DNA from: Iphione sp. A-MEVVRFRX5
Taxonomy: Eukaryota
Direction: 5' to 3'
DNA: 64,000 nucleotides
Assembly (NCBI GenBank): GCA_976226885.1
Contig: OZ320322.1
Location: 32,364,001-32,428,000 of the forward strand
Part shown: piece after piece, positions 25,744 through 33,688 of the stretch
Layout: each line of letters starts with the position of its first letter
Position numbering within the stretch: position 1 is the first letter of the stretch
The notes under the pieces: generated by a model
The model's input: only the letters and a program-made list of their open reading frames with translations
Told to the model about the DNA's origin: nothing
The model's database searches: none
Position numbers and translations under genes: made by a program

Positions 25744-28700
25744 ACCAGGGAGACGAAGCCTCCTTGGTTCATCCCGTAGTCAATACGAGTTGACGAAGCC
25801 TCCTCGCGACTACGGGATCTTCAGTACTTGTTTAGCAATCTTCTCAAATTCTCTTGGTTTTAGCTTCTCTACTTCTTTAGGTAACAACTCCCATAATTTA
25901 CTTCCCATATATAATACTGAATTTTTGAAACCTTCTCTTTTTGGCCGTGTCCGTGAGAATTGTAATTTTTGTCCTAATCGTGTCCTCTTATCTTCTGTAT
26001 ACTGCCCATATCCCTGCCGCATTTGGTAGTACATGTATTTTAATAGAGCCATATTTCTTCTCTCCTCTAAACTATTACAATTTGCTATTTTCCGGCTGTA
26101 GGTTGTACCTCTACCCCCACCTACCATTACCCTTATAATTTTATTGTATAGTCTGTTCAAACGTTGAAAGGAGTCACTACTAGTTCGAGTCAACAGTATT
26201 ATCCCATATTCCACGATAGGTAATAACATCAGTTTGGCCACCATTATTCGATCCTTTCTTCCCAGCCATTTTCTCACTCGAGACAGATATGACAGTTTGG
26301 CACGTACTTTCCTCAATATAGATGTAACATGAGATTGGAAGGTTAGTGTTTCATCCAGTTCAACGCCTAAATACCTATACGAGTGAACCCTCTCTATCAT
26401 TTCTTTTCCTATCGTCAATGTCATTTGCTGCCTTATTGGATATCTATTTGAGAATGTCATCCACTTAGTTTTCTTGGTGTTTATTTGAATTTTGTTTTCA
26501 TTGGACCATATTTCAATACAGTGTAATGCATTTTGCATTTTCTCCAATGCCGCTTGACAACTCCTCGCCGCGCTTAATATGACAAGGTCATCCGCATATA
26601 GCACAAGCTTAACACCCTGACACACATACTGAATACTATCAATAAACAGCAAAAACAATAAGGGTCCCAACAGGGACCCTTGGGGGACCCCGCATGTGAT
26701 TTTTTTACTTGATGACTTAACTCCATTTGCTAGTGTACATTGTCCCCGACCATTTAAGTAATCCCGAAACCATGCAATGCTTGATCTTATTCCTATGTCA
26801 TTTAGTCTTTTCAAAATGATTTGGTGGTTAATTGAATCGAAAGCCTTCCTGTAGTCAATGTAAGTAGCGACTACAGGAAGGCCCTCATTCAAACTTTCAT
26901 GAATAAATGTAGTGACTTCCACCAGTGCTGCAATAGTGGATTTTCCTTTTCGGAATCCGAACTGCCCCGCACCTATTAACTTGTTCATCTCTAGGTATGC
27001 GTACAGTTGTGTATGTATAATGCACTCTAAAATTTTAGAGAACAAGTTCAATACACTGACAGGTCTGTAGTTCTCCACCTGGTCCCTTTGACCCCCCTTA
27101 AATATAGGGGTCACAACGGCCTGTTTCCAGTCTCTAGGTATTGAATGGCTTTGAATTGAGTGATTCATTAAGTGGGTTACCTGTGGCAACAGTGCTCGTA
27201 TCGCTGACTTAATATGCGGTGTTGGAATCATGTCCAACCCGGATGGCTTGCTATCCCCTAAGTCCTTTATTATTTTTGCCACCTCAGTAATACTCACACC
27301 TCTTAATGCAAACTTCTCATTCCCCTCAGACTGTTTGTAATTATAGGGTCCCATGGTTGTGGCTAATACATGACCAATATTGGCAAAATAATCATTGATC
27401 TCATTAGCTGTCTGTGCCCGGGGGATTCTTTGCTTTTCCTTTGTTAAGACTATATCTACGTTCTTCTTGTTCCCCAATCCTATATGCTCTTTTAGTTGTC
27501 GCCAAAACTTAGCATGATTTTTCCTATGACTTTCTAGGTCATTTGTTACTACTAATTTTTTCTTCCAATTAATCAGCTGTCTTACCTGTTTCCTAATATT
27601 TCTAGCTATCCTCCAGTCCTCTGCATTTTTGGTCCTAATTGCCTTCCTAAAGGCCTTATTCCTGGCTCGAATTTTATCTAGGACTTCTTCATCCATCCAT
27701 TTACACGGTCTTTTTTTAGCCTTGACTCTAGTTTGGGGGCACATCCTGTCATATATCAAATATATAACTAGATACAAATACTTCCATTTATATTCTACGT
27801 CATTGCTGTTCCAGTAAGACCCCCAGTCTGTTTGTCGCAGTTCATTGCCGAATTGTTCCTCGTCAAAATTTTTATATTTCCGAGTCTGTACCTGTTTCGG
27901 ACCATCTGCAACACTCGCTTTCCAGTTTACGTGAAGACATACCATGTAATGGTCACTTAGTGTGGCCTTTATGATTTTCACCGTACCCCCTATGGAACTA
28001 AGTATTAGATCAATAGTAGAACTCGTGTGCAAACTCTCACGTGTTATACCTGTTACCATCTGTATCATTCCATGCATTGAAGCCAGGTCCAAAAGTCCGG
28101 TCCTTTTTCTCCCCCCTTTTTGTATATCAATATTAAAGTCCCCTAGCACCAACCTTTTCTGCCTTTTTATTGTCCCTTCCAACACCTTATCTAGTAATGC
28201 TAAACCCTCCTTTATCGCCCCATCTGGGGGACGGTACAAGCCCCCTAGCAGTATCGTAGTGCCGTCGATCTCCAGTTCCAACCATATCATTTCCATGCTC
28301 CTGTTACTTACATTTCGCTCCCATAATACAGATATATTCTGTGTAAGGGATTTCTTCACATATATTGCAATGCCTCCTCCCCGCCTCGTCCTTCCTTGAC
28401 TCACACCCCTATCTTGTCTTATTATTGTATATCCATCAATTTCAATTGCACTATCCGGTATGTCCGACCTTAACCATGTCTCTGTTACCACCCCCACATC
28501 GATTTTTTCCTTCTGCAAAATTCTTCGTACTTCATCTATGTTAGGAAGTAGACTTCGGACATTGAGAGTTGCAAAATTACTTGCTAACATTATATACATC
28601 TAATTGGCCAATGGCCAGTCGCATCGCCCGGGAATGAACTATCTTTTAACGCGTCGATGTCTTCATATGAATTATGATTTGTGTTAGTGTGAAAATTGTG

Positions 28701-29473
28701 GGTTTGAGGATAAGTCCTCATTTGTATAAATGGCGTCGTGATAGTTGTGTGGTTTTAGCTCTGTTACCATGCTATAGTGGTCTGCCACTGATCTTTATGA
28801 TTTCAACAAAATTCTCTTCCATTATACTACCCTTTATAACCTTTAAATGGTACAGACACACAATCAACACACCAGACTAAAACATCTAACTGATAGTTAA
28901 GACAAGTGACATTCAATTGCATAACGATTTAAGTAATACAATTAACCAGTGGTAATATATTGCAAAGACTGAATAATGATAATCCTAGTCAACGATCTAA
29001 TTCATACGTGGTTGTTGGGACGTGCTCCGTGTTAAATAGTATGTGATAGAAAGAGACGAAGCCTCCATCTACAACTGGTGCTATTCCATGAGCAATTACT
29101 AGTCAGCGGAGACGAAGTCTCCATCACGCAATGTCACGACTCTCACCTCCATATAACCTTTACTATGTACTATAGTAAGATCAACATTACATAGGTGAGA
29201 CGAAGCATCTCCTATAATTTAAATTATACATTCGACTTCTGTCAAAGTTTTACCCCAAATATCCTTGTTGCCTAACAAGGTACCATATACCATACTCAGT
29301 ATATTCAATATTATCTACGGTTAACGAGGTACTATATGTTCTGCATATTCCATATGGCTATATACCTTCTTATTTTCAAGTTACAAACATAGATACGTAC
29401 CATGTTGGTATAACTGCAACATCAACATCACATCAAAATAGCATAGCATAGCATGGGAGACGAAGCCTCCCAT
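25744..29473 (-). repeat. Six dispersed copies of a GGAGG-CUUCG-UCUCC-type hairpin in the LINE 3' end and inter-ORF spacer
   Basis: On the plus strand the core GACGAAG(C/T) occurs at about 25744-25768, 25790-25803, 29047-29071, 29108-29122, 29191-29215 and 29453-29473, flanked by complementary arms that differ between copies. Confidence 0.85.
25810..28599 (-). CDS. LINE ORF2: apurinic-like endonuclease + reverse transcriptase (929 aa)
   Basis: APE motifs: TLNVRSL, VTETWL, RRGGGIAIYVK, LYRPPDG, LGDFNID, TIDLIL, SDHYMV. RT motifs: NYRPVSVL, QFGFRKGKST, DYRKAFDSINH, GVPQGSLLGPLLF, YADD, YRYLGV. The C-terminal SLEERR...GSKLWELLP region is typical of CR1/L2-group ORF2. No stops or frameshifts. 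Confidence 0.97.
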   Translation of the reverse strand: MYIMLASNFATLNVRSLLPNIDEVRRILQKEKIDVGVVTETWLRSDIPDSAIEIDGYTIIRQDRGVSQGRTRRGGGIAIYVKKSLTQNISVLWERNVSNRSMEMIWLELEIDGTTILLGGLYRPPDGAIKEGLALLDKVLEGTIKRQKRLVLGDFNIDIQKGGRKRTGLLDLASMHGMIQMVTGITRESLHTSSTIDLILSSIGGTVKIIKATLSDHYMVCLHVNWKASVADGPKQVQTRKYKNFDEEQFGNELRQTDWGSYWNSNDVEYKWKYLYLVIYLIYDRMCPQTRVKAKKRPCKWMDEEVLDKIRARNKAFRKAIRTKNAEDWRIARNIRKQVRQLINWKKKLVVTNDLESHRKNHAKFWRQLKEHIGLGNKKNVDIVLTKEKQRIPRAQTANEINDYFANIGHVLATTMGPYNYKQSEGNEKFALRGVSITEVAKIIKDLGDSKPSGLDMIPTPHIKSAIRALLPQVTHLMNHSIQSHSIPRDWKQAVVTPIFKGGQRDQVENYRPVSVLNLFSKILECIIHTQLYAYLEMNKLIGAGQFGFRKGKSTIAALVEVTTFIHESLNEGLPVVATYIDYRKAFDSINHQIILKRLNDIGIRSSIAWFRDYLNGRGQCTLANGVKSSSKKITCGVPQGSLLGPLLFLLFIDSIQYVCQGVKLVLYADDLVILSAARSCQAALEKMQNALHCIEIWSNENKIQINTKKTKWMTFSNRYPIRQQMTLTIGKEMIERVHSYRYLGVELDETLTFQSHVTSILRKVRAKLSYLSRVRKWLGRKDRIMVAKLMLLPIVEYGIILLTRTSSDSFQRLNRLYNKIIRVMVGGGRGTTYSRKIANCNSLEERRNMALLKYMYYQMRQGYGQYTEDKRTRLGQKLQFSRTRPKREGFKNSVLYMGSKLWELLPKEVEKLKPREFEKIAKQVLKIP

Positions 29474-29571
29474 TCTCGTTCCTAGCTACCTAGCCAATTA
29501 CCACGTCATTTATTGGTAAGAAAATGTCACTACTCACAGCTTGGCGCCCACGCATTACCAATTCAAATACT

Positions 29572-30225
29572 TCAAACTCCGACTTTCTGCCACCATCTCT
29601 CGATCTTCTCCCTCAATTGTGGAACCGCCTCCGGACCCAGGTGACATCCATCTCCAAGCTTCCCGTAGTGGTTACGACGTTTCCCCTTAGCCGTGTAATG
29701 TATTATCCTGTGCACATGTGGAGTGGGTGAACCATTCCGCTCGTTCAGATCAAATATGTCCCTGTTTAAGTCCATGATCATTTCCTCGACCAGATCTTGA
29801 CTTGACTTGTTTATGCACGATGGGGTCACACCGAACGTGTGTCGATTATAATGAACCAGGTCTGTCGCGAATACCGTTGAGAATATAATCCGTGCGTTCT
29901 TATATGTTTTCCGGAGAGTATAGAAAGCAGAGTACAGCTCACGTCGGACCTGTTTTCTTCCTTGCCTTGCAGACTCATATCGTGGCACAACCATCTTCTT
30001 GTTCGTTTCCCCAAACTGCTGGCTCACCTTCTGGGTTATGTTATTACCACCGCATATAACCAACACTACGCTTCCTGCATAGTCCCCTTTGTACCGCGAC
30101 ACTTTCCTTGATAGGGCCCGCATGGTCACTCCAGGATAGTAGTACACAGTCACTAGTATATCCGGTAACTCCATGTTCTGTATACACCTGCCGTGGCTAT
30201 CCGCCAATATTATTAGCCTTTTCAT
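29572..30225 (-). CDS. SGNH/GDSL-type esterase ORF (217 aa), second ORF of the LINE
   Basis: Block I IILADSHGR (GDS-like, Ser present), block II YYPG, block III VICGGNN, block V DGCHL (Asp/His present). The ATG lies 1 nt after the ORF1 TAA. Confidence 0.88.
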   Translation of the reverse strand: MKRLIILADSHGRCIQNMELPDILVTVYYYPGVTMRALSRKVSRYKGDYAGSVVLVICGGNNITQKVSQQFGETNKKMVVPRYESARQGRKQVRRELYSAFYTLRKTYKNARIIFSTVFATDLVHYNRHTFGVTPSCINKSSQDLVEEMIMDLNRDIFDLNERNGSPTPHVHRIIHYTAKGKRRNHYGKLGDGCHLGPEAVPQLREKIERWWQKVGV

Positions 30226-30226
30226 T

Positions 30227-31909
30227 TTACTTGTCCTCTACCTGCTCGCTGGCCATGAGGTTACGCAGCCTCGACCTCACTCGTCCTATTATTTGCCCCA
30301 TGCGATTCTGACCAGGAAATTTACCTGATCGTATTACGTCAGACCCGGCCGGTACACCTGCACCCCAGAACTTGTGTTGACTGGCCTCCACTAGGAACTT
30401 GTTATCGGTTTCCAACAAACGCTCTGCTAGGTCAGGGTTCTGTGTAAATTTGGCCCAGTTGATCTGTTCCATAATTGCCAGCTTCACATCATTCCAGTCT
30501 TCCTTAGTGGTGATCGACTTCCTCTTTGAATGTAGCTCCTTTATAGACGTTGCTTCTCTTAGGCCCTTCGCTACATCATCTTGCCCCGATTTCATAGCTG
30601 CCGACCATAGGTACGCCTGTTCACTTGACGAGAATGAGAGTCCTTCCCACTCCAGATTACATGCATAGAGGTTTGACAGGGGATCGTCCTCTCCTGCGAA
30701 TGGGTGCACTTCTCCGCTTTTCGCTTGATCCTTCCTCTCAGGCTTTCCTTTCTTCTCGCTTTTCTCAGGCTTTATCTCCTTTGGTATCTGATCCAGCTGG
30801 TGATGCCGATACTCCTTTCCTTCGATCACTATCCTGTCACCTTTCACGTAAGAATTCAATTTCTTTGTTCTTGCTGCCTTATTAACGGCCCTGAGTTCTG
30901 ATCGTATTTTCCTTTGCTGCTCAGTCAGGTCGTCATTGATCCATATACCATGCGGTAGTTTAGTCTTGTTCTTCATTATGTCCTTCTTTTTTTCCACTCT
31001 AGTCAGCGACGCGAACACGAATGTAGTCCCATTCTTATCCTTTCGTGCAGTCCTAAAACATTGATCAATATCTGATGTGCGTATCGAGACCCCTATGTTC
31101 CCTATCAACTCTTTGGTCTGTGTTATTGCATCCTTTCCTTCTTCTTCTCGCATCCCTTCAATGTATATGTTCTTTCTCTTTTGATCCACTCTTAATCGTT
31201 CCAGCTCCTTTTCATTAATGCTGCTCTTCACCGGCATCTTCGATTTTGTGTCCATGTGTGCTTTCAGCTCGACTGTATTTTGCTCCAGGTTCCCTATTCG
31301 CGTACAAGCGTTTGTTATATCATCTTCGGCCTTGTCTAGCCGCTCTTTAATCTTACTGTCTTCTTCCTCTAGTTTCCTGATCGCGACCTGCGACTCTTCT
31401 ATTATCCTCGTGAGCTCCTTTGTCTGATTTGCCAGCATCTCCTTTATATTCAGGTTTTGCAAAGTTATCACCCGCATCATGTCTTTCATCGTGACATCTT
31501 CTTTGTTCATCAGTTTGTTCATCTCCTCCTCCACTTTTGATCTTTCCGGTGACACAGTGCATGGGCTTGTGGGTTTCCTTTTCTTAGATTTTGGTCGTTT
31601 ACTTTCCACTTTACTATCCTCTGCATCCATCCATTCATCTTCTGTCTGTGTATCTGTGGCGTAATCCAGTCCAGATTTGAATAGTATTCCCTTGGTACCT
31701 TTGGTAGTGGGTGGCCTACATTCTGACCTCTCTTTTTTGGCCATCATATTCGCCAGGCTACTTCGTAGGAGTGCCCCACTTGTTACATCACTCTTTCCTG
31801 ACGCTCTTGATTGCTTCTCAGGTCCACTTGGTACTTGACCCTCGTCGTCAGTGCCTGACTCAGACCCCCCTGTGTGGGCGCCCAGGTCATGCACATGCGC
31901 GTTGGCCAT
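30227..31909 (-). CDS. LINE ORF1 (560 aa): disordered N-terminus, coiled coil, L1/Tnp22-like RRM-CTD, C-terminal NADAR domain
   Basis: Heptad-rich segment at about aa 125-245. RKNIYIEGMREEEG and GIWINDDLTEQQRKIRSEL resemble L1-type ORF1p RRM/CTD motifs. aa ~402-548 carry NADAR motifs (PLSNLY, FSSSEQAY, WAKFTQNPDLAERLLET, LVEAS..KFWGAG, GQNRMGQIIGRVRSRL). Confidence 0.9.
   Translation of the reverse strand: MANAHVHDLGAHTGGSESGTDDEGQVPSGPEKQSRASGKSDVTSGALLRSSLANMMAKKERSECRPPTTKGTKGILFKSGLDYATDTQTEDEWMDAEDSKVESKRPKSKKRKPTSPCTVSPERSKVEEEMNKLMNKEDVTMKDMMRVITLQNLNIKEMLANQTKELTRIIEESQVAIRKLEEEDSKIKERLDKAEDDITNACTRIGNLEQNTVELKAHMDTKSKMPVKSSINEKELERLRVDQKRKNIYIEGMREEEGKDAITQTKELIGNIGVSIRTSDIDQCFRTARKDKNGTTFVFASLTRVEKKKDIMKNKTKLPHGIWINDDLTEQQRKIRSELRAVNKAARTKKLNSYVKGDRIVIEGKEYRHHQLDQIPKEIKPEKSEKKGKPERKDQAKSGEVHPFAGEDDPLSNLYACNLEWEGLSFSSSEQAYLWSAAMKSGQDDVAKGLREATSIKELHSKRKSITTKEDWNDVKLAIMEQINWAKFTQNPDLAERLLETDNKFLVEASQHKFWGAGVPAGSDVIRSGKFPGQNRMGQIIGRVRSRLRNLMASEQVEDK
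30266..30710 (-). other. NADAR (YbiA-like) domain within ORF1
   Basis: Order and spacing match the family pattern as recalled: LSNFY...SEHYFQ...W...K..IM...AKFTQHPDL...LL.T....LVE.S....WG...GQN.LG.IL..VR..L. Confidence 0.88.
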
Positions 31910-32740
31910 ATCCGATCCGTACTGTGTGTGATTTTCCTGAGTTGTTGCAATCCCGTCCTCGTTTCCACCTCCGTCTGTGTGAATATGTCTTCGCCAGGTA
32001 TACCAGTGAGTTCCCTGTTTATTCCTCTTGCGTCCTTCCTATTTTCAGCTATATAGTAGGTAGTTTTGACACACAAAACCACGCAGCACGGCAGAGCCAG
32101 AACCATGCACGTCTACTCACTTGCCGCCATTCCTTAGGCACCTAAGGAAATGTATGGCTGCTTCACTGGAGAATAGGAGGACAGACGTATTTTATTGTCT
32201 TGCAAATAATAATCTTATATAAGTCACAAAGACCCACATAATTCCAAATTTTACTCATGTTACAGCTCATTTAATTTCATGCTAAGTCAAAAAAACGTAC
32301 AGTAGGCATGGAACGTATGGAATTATATTCAAATATCATTGCCCATACAAATTAAATTTTGTCGATCAAAGGATCACAACACTATTAACACTATTTCAAC
32401 TTGAAGATGGTCAGAACGAATGAAGTTTAAATTGAGGATAAAAAACATGTCAACTTAAGTCATCCTGTTTTTTATTTCACTCGAAATGGTCTATTTAGAT
32501 TATATTTTCGAAATTTCGAATTGATACTGATCTGTTATCTTGTTTTGGTAAAATTATAATGAAATGTGAACTCCTAACTTGTGTGGTACATGCACCATGT
32601 ACCACACTTACAATGTGATATATGCCCACTGAAAAATTCACCAGGGAGGGGTCATACAAGGGTGTGTGTACCGTATGGACATGGAATAATGTGTGGCATA
32701 CACTGCTTATATATGTATGCATGTACAGATATACATACGT

Positions 32741-33688
32741 CAGGGTTGTCACAGGTCAGGGAATAGCAAGTGAAAACATATTTTGTTCCAGGTGAGGATT
32801 TTCAAATTTGGTCAGTAAAACTCATTTTGCGAAAAGTCAGGGAAAACTGAGGTTACATCAAACTACTGCTGAGTGACCTGCAATACGTTGAGGAACTGTG
32901 GTACATGTACATGGCAAGCCTTTGTTGTGTGAGCCAGCACAAAAAATTGTCATCTCACAGACAGAAGAAAAACAGCCCCATGACTGTCAGTAATAGCTCA
33001 TTTGGACTACAAAAAATATGTTCTGAAATAACACTTTTTACTTAGCACCAAAGCAAGATGTTAAATTTATTTACAATCTGCCTATAATTATATAAATATG
33101 TGTAAGAATACAGTTTTATAGATTCCGTAAGAGATCGGATACCGGTACTTAAAATTGCAAGACAGAAAATTATTCAAATTCATGGGACTACAATGTACAG
33201 TAAGTATACAAATGTCTCCCATATTTGAATGCATCTCAAGGACCTATGTGACATTTACTAGCGCCTTTCAACAACTTTTATCTCAACAGACTTGATAACC
33301 AAAAGTTAGAATTTCAGTATCTCATATAGTATCTAACCAAGCCACTTGATCAAATATTTTTGCAGGAAACATCTACAGGTTAGTATGTAAGGGTCAACAG
33401 TATATATTTTCTGTTTAGCAAAAAATCCATATAATATATAATGGCTACTAATTTTATTGTTTTTTTATTGTTTTTGTTTATTGATCTTTATGTATGATTA
33501 TTCTAGTATATTTGATTGAATAAGATAAGGAGAATAAGTAGGGATGAATGGCTGAGGGGATGTTAAAACACTTACTTCCTACATATTTCTATATTCTTTT
33601 GGATCATGGAAGACTAATCATTTATCACTAAAAATTCAGGGAAAAATACGGGAATTTTGAAATCATCAATAAATGTATGTACAACCCG
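32741..33688. mobile_element. Non-autonomous hAT-like element (degenerate)
   Basis: Starts CAGGGTTGTCACAGGTCAGGGAA and ends ...TCAGGGAAAAATACGGGAATTT...GTACAACCCG (imperfect TIR, CAGGGAA subterminal repeats). No 8-bp TSD found. Confidence 0.5.

Larger units (their letters stand above)
25420..32149 (-). mobile_element. Full-length LINE (non-LTR retrotransposon, CR1/L2-like group) with three ORFs
   Basis: Three co-oriented uninterrupted ORFs (31909-30227, 30225-29572, 28599-25810). The 3' UTR ends in AATAAA (25442-25437) and a 12-nt poly(A) (T-run 25420-25431). The 5' UTR extends to about 32149. Candidate 6-bp TSD ATGTAT at 25415-25420 and 32150-32155 (weak). The exact clade needs an RT phylogeny. 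Confidence 0.93.

Noticed and set aside
27629-28399. Plus-strand ORFs antisense to ORF2 (also 30399-32145 antisense to ORF1)
   Set aside because: They are shadow frames of real coding sequence with no independent motifs.
25744-29473. Hairpin repeats as a CRISPR array or as hammerhead/HDV ribozymes
   Set aside because: Spacing is irregular, the context is a eukaryotic TE with no cas genes, and no CUGANGA/GAAA core or nested double pseudoknot is evident.
32115-32125. AA|GTGAGT donor near the LINE 5' end that could splice to the AG just before the ORF2 ATG
   Set aside because: The acceptor lacks a polypyrimidine tract and the join would be out of frame with ORF2; unsupported without RNA data.
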